Assembly: GCA_017619535.1 (NCBI GenBank)
Contig: JAFZSD010000025.1
Coordinates: forward strand, 878 to 64,877
From: Oscillospiraceae bacterium
GTDB lineage: Bacteria > Bacillota > Clostridia > Oscillospirales > Oscillospiraceae
Length of the DNA: 64,000 bases
Reading direction: 5' to 3'
Below, piece by piece: positions 16,631 to 26,375 of the stretch (within the stretch, counting starts at the first letter, position 1; each line of letters begins with the position of its first letter). Position numbers and translations under genes: made by a program. The notes under the pieces were generated by a model that saw only the letters and a list, made by a program, of their open reading frames with translations, was not told the origin of the DNA and ran no database searches.

Positions 16631-17357
16631 TATATCGATACCCCCTCGGAGTGACCATCTGTCCGTTTATCATCCTGGTGCTTGAATTGCCTATGAACAC
16701 CGTGCAGAACATGTCCGCCGGAAAATCGGCAAGCTCAGACAATGTGAGGAAAGTGCGGCTCTCGCCCTCCCTGCCTATGCTGCGCGCGACGGCGCAGGGG
16801 CGGTCGCCAGGCAGCGTCTCCAGCAGGATCTCGCAGGCGCGTTTCAGGTAATCCGGCCGGCCGTGACTTGCCGGATTGTATAGGACTATCGAAAGATCCG
16901 CGCCCGCCGCGGCGGACAGCCGTCTTTCGATGAGTTCCCATTCGGTCAGCCTGTCCGACAGGCTGATCACAGCGAAATCATGTGTCAGCGGGGCGCCCAG
17001 CAGCGCCGCGCCTGAGATGCAGGCGGAAAGGCCGGGGATGACCTCCACCTCTGGTTCGTCATCCTCTCCGCGAAGCTCCAGTACGAGCCCCGCCATGCCG
17101 TAGACGCCGCTGTCGCCGGAGCATACCAGAGCGACTGTACTGCCGTTCTTCGCAGCCTCCAGCGCCATGCGGCACCGCTCCGCCTCCCGCGTCATGGGAG
17201 TGGAGGAATACGTCTTGTCAGGATAGCGGTCTCTCACGAGATCAAGATAGACGTGATAGCCGATCACGGTATCGCATGCGGACAGCGCTCTGTCCGCGCG
17301 CACGGTCATGTTTTCGTAATCACCGGGGCCGAGCCCCACGACGAAAAGCTTACCCAA
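16626..17357 (-). CDS. cbiH: Cobalt-factor III / precorrin-3B C17-methyltransferase
   Basis: MGKLFVVGLGPGDYENMTVRADRAL... is the tetrapyrrole methylase fold; operon position fits. Confidence 0.85.
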   Translation of the reverse strand: MGKLFVVGLGPGDYENMTVRADRALSACDTVIGYHVYLDLVRDRYPDKTYSSTPMTREAERCRMALEAAKNGSTVALVCSGDSGVYGMAGLVLELRGEDDEPEVEVIPGLSACISGAALLGAPLTHDFAVISLSDRLTEWELIERRLSAAAGADLSIVLYNPASHGRPDYLKRACEILLETLPGDRPCAVARSIGREGESRTFLTLSELADFPADMFCTVFIGNSSTRMINGQMVTPRGYRYN

Positions 17358-18363
17358 AGCGCACCTCCGTATCGATGAGCGCGGCGGCGACTGTGACGCC
17401 CTGCCGCGCGGTCTTGCTGATTATAAGTCTTTCTGCGCCCTTGAGCGCGGCGCGCTCACAGACACAGTCCACGCCGGTGACGGACCGGACGAATTCGGAC
17501 GCGGAGACAGGCCCTCTTGCCGCGTTCAGTTCCTCGGCGGAATAGAACGAAACGGGCAGTCCCGCCTCGCGGCACCAGTCCAGAAGCCCCGCCTCACCAG
17601 ATTTGAGGTCGATGGAGGCGACCGTCTTCACAGCATGGGGATCGACGCCGTTTTCGGAGAGGACTGCGTCCACAGCCTCCCGTATCGCCTCTTTCGGCAC
17701 GCCTTTCCGGCAGCCGATGCCGAGACTCACGCACGGCGGAACGACGCGCAGCGTGGTGCGGAATGGCTCGCCGGTGGTATATGTGACATAGATCCCGGTC
17801 TCGCCCTCGCCGCGCATCAGGCCCGGCGGGAGTTCTCCTGCTATGGGGAGATCGCTCAGAATGGGGACGTCGCGCTCGAGTATCGCGGCGGATACGGCCT
17901 TGGCCGCGCCCATGTCTGAAAGATGGAACCCGTTTTGCGCCGCCCATTCGTCCACGGAAAAGCGGCCGTTCGAGTCGGTCGCGGTGGTGACGACGGCGAC
18001 GGCGCCGATCGCGGCCGCGATACGCTCCGCAAGCGCGTTTGCCCCGCCTATATGGCCGGAGAGCAGCGGTATGACGAACCTGCCGAGCTCGTCCACCGCC
18101 AGAACCGCGGGATCCGCCGTCTTGCTCCTGACAAACGGCGCTACGCTGCGCACCGCTATCCCGCAGGAACACACGAAGATAAGCGCTCCGCAGGATGCGA
18201 ACCGCTCCGCGAAAAAATCTCGGGACGGCCTGGGGATAGGCTCGGCGCCGTCTCCCGCCAGGCGCTCTGCCGTGAACAGGACCGTTTCCCCGCCGATGCA
18301 GGCGGCGATTGTTTTTGCCGTCTCCAGGCCTTTTCTGCTGTATGCGAAAAGCGATGTCGTCAT
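17350..18363 (-). CDS. cbiG: Cobalt-precorrin-5A hydrolase
   Basis: Size, position between cbiH and cbiF, and CbiG-like N- and C-terminal domains. Confidence 0.75.
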   Translation of the reverse strand: MTTSLFAYSRKGLETAKTIAACIGGETVLFTAERLAGDGAEPIPRPSRDFFAERFASCGALIFVCSCGIAVRSVAPFVRSKTADPAVLAVDELGRFVIPLLSGHIGGANALAERIAAAIGAVAVVTTATDSNGRFSVDEWAAQNGFHLSDMGAAKAVSAAILERDVPILSDLPIAGELPPGLMRGEGETGIYVTYTTGEPFRTTLRVVPPCVSLGIGCRKGVPKEAIREAVDAVLSENGVDPHAVKTVASIDLKSGEAGLLDWCREAGLPVSFYSAEELNAARGPVSASEFVRSVTGVDCVCERAALKGAERLIISKTARQGVTVAAALIDTEVRFG

Positions 18364-19115
18364 TCCGAACCCTTTCTGAACTCCGTAGTAAAAGTCGGAT
18401 CGTACAGGAGCGAACGCAGGTACTCGTCGCCCATGCAGCCGCCCACGATGATGAGGCTGGTCTTCCGAAGGCCCGCCTCGGTGACGGTTTTGTGCAGCGT
18501 ACCGACGGTGCAGCGGATGATGCGCTCGTCCGGCCAGGTGGCCTTGTGCACGACCGCGGCGGGAGTGCTCTCATCGTAGCCGCCCTCCAGCAGCTCACGC
18601 TGCAGTTTATCTGTGAGCGAAGTGCTCAGAAAGAGCACCATGGTGGCTCCGTGGGAAGCGAGCGAAGCTATCGATTCCCGCTCCGGCACAGGAGTCCTGC
18701 CGGCCGCCCGCGTGATGATGACGGTCTGGCTGACGCCGGGGAGCGTATATTCCGCCTTCAGGGATGCAGCCGCGCCGCAGAAGGACGACACCCCGGGGGT
18801 GACGTCGTAGGAGACGCCGAGCTTGTCCAGCTCGTCGAACTGCTCGCGCACCGCGCCGTATATGGAGCTGTCGCCCGTGTGCAGGCGGACGGTGGTCTTG
18901 CCCTCCGCCTCCGCGCTTTTAACGATATCTATGACCTGCTCCAGCGTCAGTTCCGCGCTGTCATGTATCTCGCATCCGCTCTTGCAGTACGACAGCAGCT
19001 CGGGATTCACCAGCGAGCCCGCCCAGATCACGACGTCCGCTTCAGACAGCAGCCGCGCGCCGCGCACTGTGATAAGGTCGGCAGCTCCGCTGCCCGCTCC
19101 CACAAAATGTACCAC
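18360..19115 (-). CDS. cbiF: Cobalt-precorrin-4 C11-methyltransferase
   Basis: MVHFVGAGSGAADLITVRGARLLSEADVVIWAGSLV. Confidence 0.85.
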   Translation of the reverse strand: MVHFVGAGSGAADLITVRGARLLSEADVVIWAGSLVNPELLSYCKSGCEIHDSAELTLEQVIDIVKSAEAEGKTTVRLHTGDSSIYGAVREQFDELDKLGVSYDVTPGVSSFCGAAASLKAEYTLPGVSQTVIITRAAGRTPVPERESIASLASHGATMVLFLSTSLTDKLQRELLEGGYDESTPAAVVHKATWPDERIIRCTVGTLHKTVTEAGLRKTSLIIVGGCMGDEYLRSLLYDPTFTTEFRKGSE

Positions 19116-19117
19116 GG

Positions 19118-20254
19118 TCAGTCCCCCCTGAACTCACGTATATACTCCCGGGCGTTTTCAGTCTCGCCCAGTACGCCGAATTTTCTTGAAAACATTATCA
19201 TCTCTACGCGCAGTCCCTCTCCCGCCCGGCGGACGAGATTTGCCTGCGCCCGTTCCGTGACTCTTTCGAGCGTGCGCTTTTCGATCGCGGGGTCAGCCTC
19301 GTGCATAAGCCGGACCGCCTCATCGCAGGCGACACAGTCCAGCATTTTTGAGACCAGCCCGGCGTTCGCACCCGCCGCGCCGGCATGTGCGGCAAGTATC
19401 TCCATGCGGCAGTCGCCGTATCTGGAATGGGTGTTCATCATACCGCCGGCCAGTTTTACGAGCTTGCCGATATGGCCGACCAGAAGCGCCTTTTCAAAAC
19501 CCATCTCCCGGCAGAGATCGATGGAATCGCCGATGAAATTCGAGATCTGCACGGCGGCTTCTGCGTCGAGCCCGAGTCCCATCTGAATGAATTCCGATCC
19601 GTAGTTGCCGGGAGTCAGGAGCACTCGTTTCTGCCCCAGCGCGCTCTTCTGGCTGAGCTCCGTGCGTATCGTCTCGACGAGGGCCTTCTCGCTCATGGGT
19701 TCAACTATGCCAGTGGTGCCCAGCACGGAGATCCCGCCGACGATGCCGAATCTGGGATTGAACGTCTTTTTCGCAAGTTCCGTACCGGCAGGGATGGAGA
19801 TCACGACACTCAGGCCGCCCCTGTGATCGAACAGTTCCATCACTTCTTCGACGTTCTCCGCGATCATCCGGCGGGGCACGGAGTTGATGGCCGCGTTCCC
19901 CACGGGCTGATCGAGGCCCGGCTTGGTGACGCGGCCCACGCCCTCGCCGCCGTCGATGCTCACGCCCGTTCCGTCGGAAAAGGACACGCATGCGTACACG
20001 AGCGAGCCGTTGGTGACGTCGGGGTCGTCTCCGGCATCCTTCCTGACGGCGCAGGACACGGAGCCGCTGCGGACGTCTATCTCCTCGATATCGAGCTCGA
20101 GCGGTATGCCCTTCGGCGTTTCAAGAGCTATCCGCTCCTTGCGTCTTCCGGACAGAAGCATATATGCCGCCGCCTTGGCCGCCGCCGCCGCGCATGAGCC
20201 GGTGGTATAGCCGAGACGCAGTTTCTTTCCGTCGACTTCTTTGTATTCGTTCAT
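19118..20254 (-). CDS. cbiD: Cobalt-precorrin-5B C1-methyltransferase
   Basis: LRLGYTTGSCAAAAAKAA motif. Confidence 0.85.
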   Translation of the reverse strand: MNEYKEVDGKKLRLGYTTGSCAAAAAKAAAYMLLSGRRKERIALETPKGIPLELDIEEIDVRSGSVSCAVRKDAGDDPDVTNGSLVYACVSFSDGTGVSIDGGEGVGRVTKPGLDQPVGNAAINSVPRRMIAENVEEVMELFDHRGGLSVVISIPAGTELAKKTFNPRFGIVGGISVLGTTGIVEPMSEKALVETIRTELSQKSALGQKRVLLTPGNYGSEFIQMGLGLDAEAAVQISNFIGDSIDLCREMGFEKALLVGHIGKLVKLAGGMMNTHSRYGDCRMEILAAHAGAAGANAGLVSKMLDCVACDEAVRLMHEADPAIEKRTLERVTERAQANLVRRAGEGLRVEMIMFSRKFGVLGETENAREYIREFRGD

Positions 20255-20880
20255 CTTGTGATCCTATATAGCAATGCGTTTACGATGGCGGCCGCCACGT
20301 TGGAGCCGCCCTTTCTCCCCCGGGCCACGATGTACGGAACGGAGGAGGCAATGATGAGCTCCTTGCTTTCCACCACGTTGACGAACCCCACTGGCACGCC
20401 GATGATGAGTCTGGGCGTCAAAGCGTTCCTTTTCATCAGTTCGTCGATGGCGATCAGGGCCGTCGGCGCGTTGCCGACGGCGAAAATCAGAGGTTTTCCG
20501 AGCCGGGCAGCCTTCTCCATGGAGACCGCCGCCCGTGTGACTCCGCGTTCCTTCGCCTCGCGGGCCACGTCCTCGTCGGACATGAAGCAGTGCACCTGGC
20601 CGCCGAACTTCGCCAGAGTCGCTTTGCTAATGCCCGCCTTTGCCATCTGGGTGTCCGTGACTATATCGCAGCCGCTTTTCAGCGCCTCGATGCCGAACTG
20701 TACGGCACGGTCGGAGAAGACCAGGTTGTCGACGTAGTCGAAATCCGCCGTGGTGTGTATCACGCGCTTTACGACGGGCGCGTTTTCTTCGGGAAGCGCG
20801 ATGCCGCGCTCGTCGAGTATGCCGCTGATGATCTCAAAGCTGCGGCTCTCGATCTCCATGGGTTTCATGATCTCAAACAC
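20251..20880 (-). CDS. cbiC: Cobalt-precorrin-8 methylmutase
   Basis: VIHTTADFDY motif; 209 aa. Confidence 0.85.
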   Translation of the reverse strand: MFEIMKPMEIESRSFEIISGILDERGIALPEENAPVVKRVIHTTADFDYVDNLVFSDRAVQFGIEALKSGCDIVTDTQMAKAGISKATLAKFGGQVHCFMSDEDVAREAKERGVTRAAVSMEKAARLGKPLIFAVGNAPTALIAIDELMKRNALTPRLIIGVPVGFVNVVESKELIIASSVPYIVARGRKGGSNVAAAIVNALLYRITR

Positions 20881-22240
20881 GGTGTTTCTCCTTTATGCAC
20901 GCTCGGCAAAAACCCTCCGCAAAGCGCGGGTTTGCCTGGAAATGAAAGTGCGGGAACCCGGCGTACAGCGTTTCCGATGCAAAGACGCAGTCCCAGCTGC
21001 GCCCGTCGGGCTTCTCCGCGGTGAAATCCCCGCCGGTCCGGTCGCAGTCCCAGCGGTGGAACTCGTGGGCCGGGATGTGCTCGCCCCGGCCGCAGAGCAT
21101 ATTGTCCTGTCTGGCCGTGAGAGTGACGTAGCCGAAGCGCGAGAGCTTTCCCGTATCGCGGGCGCCGCCTTTTATAAAGCCCACCATGGGGCTTCCGGCT
21201 ATGTGCTCCGTCAGGTACATGAATCCGCCGCACTCCGCGATGCAGGGAAGCCCGCGGTCAAGGGCCTCGCGGATGCTCAGGCGCATGGACTCGTTCCGGG
21301 AAAGTTCCTCCGGATAGAGCTCCGGATATCCCCCGCCCAGGATGAGCCCGTGTATGCCGTCGGGCAGCCGCTCGTCCGAGAGCGGGCTGAAGGGGATAAG
21401 CTCCGCGCCCATATCCTCCAGCAGTTCAAGGCTGTCCCCGTAGTAGAAGCAGAAGGCCCTATCCTGTGCAACGGCGACGCGGAACGGCTCGTGCCGCTCG
21501 ATGGCCGGAGGAATAAAACCGAGTTCCGGCGCGGAAACGGCCAGCGCCGCTATCCCGTCTAAGTCGAGGCTCTTTTCCGCCTGGTCCGACAGGAGCTCCA
21601 GCTTCGTTTTCAGATCTCCGATCTCGTCTGCGGTGACGAGTCCCAGATGACGGCTCCCGATCTCACTGCCTTTGATATGAGGCATATAGCCGAGCGCCCG
21701 GATCCCGAGCCGTTTTTCGATCTCCGGCGCAAGCGACGAATAGATCTTTTCCGGGCAGTCGTTCAGGATAACGCCGCGGATGAAGCTCTCCGGCACGAAC
21801 GTCAGAAAGCCTTTTATCTGCGCCAGCACTGAAAGGGACGCGCCGCGGGCGTTGACCGTCAAGATCACGGGCGTCCGCGTCTTTTCGGCCAGTTCAAAAG
21901 TGCTGGCCCCGGTGCTCACGCCGATCCCGTCGTAGTATCCCATCACGCCTTCGATCACAGTAATATCCCCGCGCGATGAGGCCTTTGCCAGCAGATACCG
22001 CAGCGTGTTCTCGTCGAAGAAGAAGGGATCGAGGTTCGTCGACGGCGCGCCGACGATCTTCCTGTGGAACATGGGGTCGATGTAATCCGGGCCGCACTTG
22101 GCGGAGGAAACAGCCACTCCGCGCTTTTTCAGCGCACAGAGCAGGGCGAGCGTCACCGTTGTCTTGCCGCAGCCGGAGCCCGTGCCCGCGATCAGCACTC
22201 TGCCGGCGCCGTTTATGCTTTTTGAAGGTGTCCGGTCCAT
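20873..22240 (-). CDS. cbiA: Cobyrinate a,c-diamide synthase
   Basis: Start moved to ATG 22240 (MDRTPSKSINGAGRVLIAGTGSGCGKTTV) with GGAGGG SD. The track's longer N-terminus overlaps the riboswitch. Confidence 0.85.
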   Translation of the reverse strand: MDRTPSKSINGAGRVLIAGTGSGCGKTTVTLALLCALKKRGVAVSSAKCGPDYIDPMFHRKIVGAPSTNLDPFFFDENTLRYLLAKASSRGDITVIEGVMGYYDGIGVSTGASTFELAEKTRTPVILTVNARGASLSVLAQIKGFLTFVPESFIRGVILNDCPEKIYSSLAPEIEKRLGIRALGYMPHIKGSEIGSRHLGLVTADEIGDLKTKLELLSDQAEKSLDLDGIAALAVSAPELGFIPPAIERHEPFRVAVAQDRAFCFYYGDSLELLEDMGAELIPFSPLSDERLPDGIHGLILGGGYPELYPEELSRNESMRLSIREALDRGLPCIAECGGFMYLTEHIAGSPMVGFIKGGARDTGKLSRFGYVTLTARQDNMLCGRGEHIPAHEFHRWDCDRTGGDFTAEKPDGRSWDCVFASETLYAGFPHFHFQANPRFAEGFCRACIKEKHRV

Positions 22241-22299
22241 ATTCCCTCCCGAATAGAAGAAGACCGCGCAAAGCTTATTATGCTCTGCGCGGCCGGTTT

Positions 22300-22565
22300 T
22301 CCGCAGCGTTAACAGTTCCCTTTGCCTTCCGTCCTTCGGCAAAGAGATCGCGGCAAGCAGGTCTTCCGACTCACGCATCACCGGGGATACACGGCCTTCT
22401 CGGTCTCCCAATGGCCTGCTTTCGCATCGTGCTCCCTCCGCGTTCACGGCGGCGGTTCCGTCCGGGAATCTCACCCGGTTCTCTATTATCTCATCGCGGC
22501 CTTTACGGGAACCGGCCGTGATGAGCACTTGTCGTCGTTATGCAGTTTTTCGGATTCGCTATTTT
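22300..22565 (-). promoter_or_regulatory. Cobalamin (B12) riboswitch leader of the cbi operon
   Basis: Reverse strand reads ...GAACCGGGTGAGATTCCCGGACGGAACCGCCGCCGTGAA...GCCATTGGGAGACC...GAGTCGGAAGACCTGC (B12 box, about 22358-22373). Promoter TTGACA-17-TACAAT lies at 22604-22576. Confidence 0.8.
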
Positions 22566-22646
22566 TCTTTTTAATATTGTAGGCTCTGCACCATGCATTG
22601 TCAAGACAGCGCGGCCTTTCACGGGCGTCTGCCGGACCTGAAAAGG

Positions 22647-22971
22647 TTGACATCATATGCCAATTGGTGTATGCTAACTTCAATTGAATATGTATCCAAG
22701 TGCTCGGCAGGGCCTTCGGGCTCTGCCGGGAGAATAGGAAATCCGGTCAAAATCCGGAACGGTACCGCCACTGTGATTGCGACAGTTCGCGCATTGGACG
22801 AAAGTCGGCCATTGGGAAACTGAGAAGGCTTTGCGCGAATGACGAGGCATGAGTCAGGAGACCTGCTTGGATATCTGAGGGTGTGCATTCCCACGGATCT
22901 TGGGGAGGCAGGCTTGCGTTTGCTGCGTAAAAACGGTCGCGGCGGGATCTTCCCGCCGCGGCTTTGTTTTT
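22647..22971 (+). promoter_or_regulatory. Promoter plus cobalamin (B12) riboswitch plus terminator controlling the lipoprotein operon
   Basis: TTGACA (22647) -17- TATGCT. Aptamer AATAGGAAATCCGGTCAAAATCCGGAACGGTACCGCCACTGTGA ... GCCATTGGGAA ... GAGTCAGGAGACCTGC (B12 box). Terminator CGCGGCGGGA/TCCCGCCGCG plus T-run at 22938-22971. Confidence 0.85.
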
Positions 22972-23040
22972 CTCCGCCGTCCTGCGGTCCGGGAATCTTA
23001 TACAGTCAAAAATAAAAAAAGTATACAGGAGGAAAAAAAA

Positions 23041-24223
23041 GATGAAGAAAGCCAAGATCATTCTTTCCCTGGCGCTGGCGCTGTGCATGATGCTGGTGCT
23101 CGTCGCCTGCGGAAGCACGACCCCCGCGCCCGCCGAGAAATCCGATCAGGAACTGGCCGACGAGGTCGCCGCGCTGATCGACGCCATCTACGTCCAGGAA
23201 CGCAACGACAAGACCGACGAGCAGTGCGCCGCCGCCAAGGCCGCATGGGACGCGCTGACCGACGAGCAGAAGGAACTCGTCGAGGGTGAAGAGGCCGATC
23301 CCGACTACTTCGGCCGCGACACCGGCGACGCCTCGAAGGACGATCCCCGCAACGCTGACGATATCGGCGAGAAGGAGCTGCTCGTAGTCAGCTTCGGCAC
23401 CTCGTTCAATGACAGCCGCGCTCAGGACATCAAGGGCATCGAGGACGCCCTGCAGAAGGCATTCCCTGACTGGTCCGTCCGCCGCGCATTCACCGCCCAG
23501 ATCATCATCAACCACGTTCAGGCCCGCGACGGTGAGAAAATCGACAACATGGACCAGGCCCTTGAGCGCGCCGTGAAGAACGGCGTCAAGACCCTTGTGA
23601 TCCAGCCCACCCATCTGATGCACGGCGCCGAGTACGACGAGCTGTGCGAGGCCGTTGAGAACTACAAGGACAAGATCGACACCATCGTCATCGCTGAGCC
23701 CCTTCTCGGTGAAGTCGGCTCCGACGCCACCGTCATCAACGCGGACAAGCAGGCAGTTGCCCAGTATGTAGTCGCTGCAGCGGCAAAGGACGCCGGCTTT
23801 AACTCCATCGAAGCTGCCGACGAGGCAGGCGTGGCCTTCGTGCTCATGGGCCACGGCACCGCCCACAGTGCCAAGGTCTCCTACTCCCAGATGCAGACTC
23901 AGATGGGTACTCTGGGCTACAAGAACGTGTTTATCGGTACCGTTGAGGGCGAGCCCGAAGAGACCGCCTGCGAGAACATCATCGAAGCCGTCGCCGCCGC
24001 AGGTTACAAGTCTGTGATCCTTCGCCCCCTGATGGTCGTCGCCGGTGACCACGCCAACAACGACATGGCCGATCCCGATGATCCCGAGTCCTGGCTCAGC
24101 ACGTTCACCGCCAGCGCCAAATTCGACAAGATCGACACCCAGATCGCCGGTCTCGGCCGCATAGCCGACGTCGAAGCGCTGTACGTCGCCCATACTCAGG
24201 CCGCTCTCGACTCCCTGAGCTGA
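23041..24223 (+). CDS. Lipoprotein with CbiK-type (class II chelatase) domain; candidate extracytoplasmic corrinoid/tetrapyrrole-binding protein
   Basis: ATG 23041 after AGGAGGA. Signal peptide plus lipobox MKKAKIILSLALALCMMLVLVAC. CbiK motifs LLVVSFGTSF, VIQPTHLMHGAEYDEL, LMGHGTAH and LMVVAGDHANNDMAD. Confidence 0.8.
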
Positions 24224-24246
24224 GCGTCGGAAGGAAGATATCCGAG

Positions 24247-24717
24247 ATGAAAAGACTCCTCACCATCCTGCTGCTCCTCGCGCTGTGCTGCTGCCTTCTC
24301 CCCGCCTGCGGCTCGGATAAAGAGTCCGCCGGTCTTGCGGACGGCGTCTACTCCGCAGAGTTCAAGACCGACGGCTCGATGTTCCATGTCAACGATGTCT
24401 GTGAAGGCAAAGGAACTCTGACCGTAAAGGACGGCAAAATGACCATCCACATAGTCATGCCCAGCAAGAACGTCGTCAACCTGTTCCTGGGCTCGGCTGC
24501 GGACGCCCAGAAGGCTGGGGCAGCCCTGATCGATGCCGTACCTGAGTCCGTCACCTACCCCGACGGCCTGACCGAGGAGGTCAACAGTTTTGATTTTGCC
24601 GTGCCGTATCTGGACAATGAGTTCGACTGCGCCATCGTAGGCACCAAGGGCAAGTGGTACGACCACAAGGTCTCCGTGTCGAACCCGGTCCCGACGGAGA
24701 GCGCGCCTGCGGCGTGA
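24247..24717 (+). CDS. Small lipoprotein of unknown function (156 aa)
   Basis: MKRLLTILLLLALCCCLLPAC lipobox. Co-transcribed with the CbiK-like gene; terminator follows. Confidence 0.65.
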   Translation: MKRLLTILLLLALCCCLLPACGSDKESAGLADGVYSAEFKTDGSMFHVNDVCEGKGTLTVKDGKMTIHIVMPSKNVVNLFLGSAADAQKAGAALIDAVPESVTYPDGLTEEVNSFDFAVPYLDNEFDCAIVGTKGKWYDHKVSVSNPVPTESAPAA

Positions 24718-24772
24718 TTCTGACGTCTCCGCCGTCCGGCGTACGCACGAGAGCATGACCCTCATACATGAC

Positions 24773-24814
24773 AAACAGCCGCTGGCTTTACAGTCAGCGG
24801 CTGTTTTGTGTTTT
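24773..24814 (+). terminator. Rho-independent terminator
   Basis: AAACAGCCGCT / AGCGGCTGTTT hairpin followed by TGTGTTTT. Confidence 0.7.
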
Positions 24815-24944
24815 ACCTGACGATTGCGGGGCCAAATCGGGCGCGCGCTCTTGATTTAATCGCGCCGAATCGGTATCATGCAGTTAAAGAATACTGTATC
24901 CGTCCCCGGCAGATCCCGCGATCATAACAAAAGAGGTGAACGCT

Positions 24945-25679
24945 ATGTTTGATGTCAACCGACCGATCCTGTTCATCCTTGTCGGCATCATCATCCTCGT
25001 GGTGCTGGCCCAGTCCGTGTTCTTCCTTATAAAAGCATGGAAACACGGCCTGGCCATAGGCATGGAAAAGGAGAAAATGAAAAAGACAGCAGCTACGGCC
25101 GCCGTATTCACGATAGCTCCCGCCGTCGCCATCGTCATCAGCGTCATCACGCTGGCGAAGGACCTGGGGATCCCTCTTCCGTGGCTCAGGCTGAGCGTAG
25201 TCGGTTCCCTGTCCTATGAGACTATCGCGGCAAGCAACGCGGAGGGAGCGATGGGGCTCGTCTTCGGCCAGGTCAGCAGTCTGACGGCCAGTCAGTACGT
25301 CACGATCGCCGCCGTGATGACGGTAAGCATCATGGTCGGCATCTGGCTCGTGCCTGTCGTCTGCAAAAAACTCCAGCGCGGCATCATCCGTCTGGAGAAC
25401 AGGGACAGAAAATGGAGCGAGATCCTCACCTCATCGATGTTCATCGGCATGATCTCGGCTTTTCTCGGTTATGTCTTCTGCGATTTCTCCACCATATTCC
25501 ACGGCGACACGTCCGGACTCATCCCGGTATTCGTTATGATCCTCTCGGCGGTCGTCATGGCTGTCGCCGGCATTCTGTTCAAGGTCCTTAAATGGCGCTG
25601 GATATCCGATTACGCCCTGCCGATCAGTCTCATAGCCGGTATGGCGGGCGCGATCCCGATAACGGCCTGGCTGTCCTGA
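24945..25679 (+). CDS. Multi-pass membrane protein (DUF5058-like, tentative)
   Basis: ATG 24945 after AAGAGG. Hydrophobic segments throughout. Confidence 0.6.
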   Translation: MFDVNRPILFILVGIIILVVLAQSVFFLIKAWKHGLAIGMEKEKMKKTAATAAVFTIAPAVAIVISVITLAKDLGIPLPWLRLSVVGSLSYETIAASNAEGAMGLVFGQVSSLTASQYVTIAAVMTVSIMVGIWLVPVVCKKLQRGIIRLENRDRKWSEILTSSMFIGMISAFLGYVFCDFSTIFHGDTSGLIPVFVMILSAVVMAVAGILFKVLKWRWISDYALPISLIAGMAGAIPITAWLS

Positions 25680-25692
25680 GGAGGTGCAGAAA

Positions 25693-26361
25693 ATGAAAGA
25701 AAATTCCGCTTATCTTGACAGTGTCTACAGATACGGCGCCATCTGGAACATCGGCATGATGATCCTTCTGCTCTTCTTCCCCGTATGCGTCGGCCTTATA
25801 TTCGACGCAGGACTCGACTGGCACGGTTTTCTGCTCGGTCTTCTGGCCACGGCTCCGATGTACTGGGCCGTCGCAGTCATAGAAGTGTTCACCTACATCC
25901 CCATGCTCGGCGCAGGCGGATCCTATCTGTCCTTCGTGACGGGCAACATCTCGAATCTCAAGCTCCCTGTCGCGCTCAACGCGCTGGAGCAGGCCGACGT
26001 CAGCATCAATTCGGAGGAAGGCGAAGTGACCTCCACCATCGCCATCGCCGTCTCGAGCATCGTGACCACGCTGATCATCATCCTCGGCGTGATCCTTATC
26101 GTTCCGCTGAGGCCCGTCCTCTCGGCGCCAGTTCTCGAACCGGCTTTCGCTCAGATCCTTCCCGCTCTTTTCGGAGGGCTCGCCGTCGTATTCATCTCAA
26201 AGAACTGGAAGATCGCCATCGCTCCTCTCATCCTCATGCTGGTGCTCTTCATCTTTATCCCCGCTCTCAACGCAGGCACCGTCGGCATCATGGTGCCGGT
26301 GGGCGTGCTCTTTACGATCGGCGTGTCCCGCATCCTTTATAAGAAACATCTTCTCGACTGA
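25693..26361 (+). CDS. Multi-pass membrane protein, unknown function
   Basis: ATG 25693 after GAGGAGG. About 6 hydrophobic helices. Confidence 0.6.
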   Translation: MKENSAYLDSVYRYGAIWNIGMMILLLFFPVCVGLIFDAGLDWHGFLLGLLATAPMYWAVAVIEVFTYIPMLGAGGSYLSFVTGNISNLKLPVALNALEQADVSINSEEGEVTSTIAIAVSSIVTTLIIILGVILIVPLRPVLSAPVLEPAFAQILPALFGGLAVVFISKNWKIAIAPLILMLVLFIFIPALNAGTVGIMVPVGVLFTIGVSRILYKKHLLD

Positions 26362-26375
26362 CGAGGTAAGGAAAC

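Noticed and set aside
22241-22528. N-terminal 96-codon extension of the cbiA ORF in the track
   Set aside because: The extension overlaps the cobalamin riboswitch. The conserved CbiA N-terminus begins at Met 22240, which has a GGAGGG Shine-Dalgarno.
23006-24193. 395-aa minus-strand ORF opposite the CbiK-like lipoprotein gene
   Set aside because: It is the antisense shadow of a gene with strong CbiK motifs and a riboswitch-terminator-RBS context on the plus strand.
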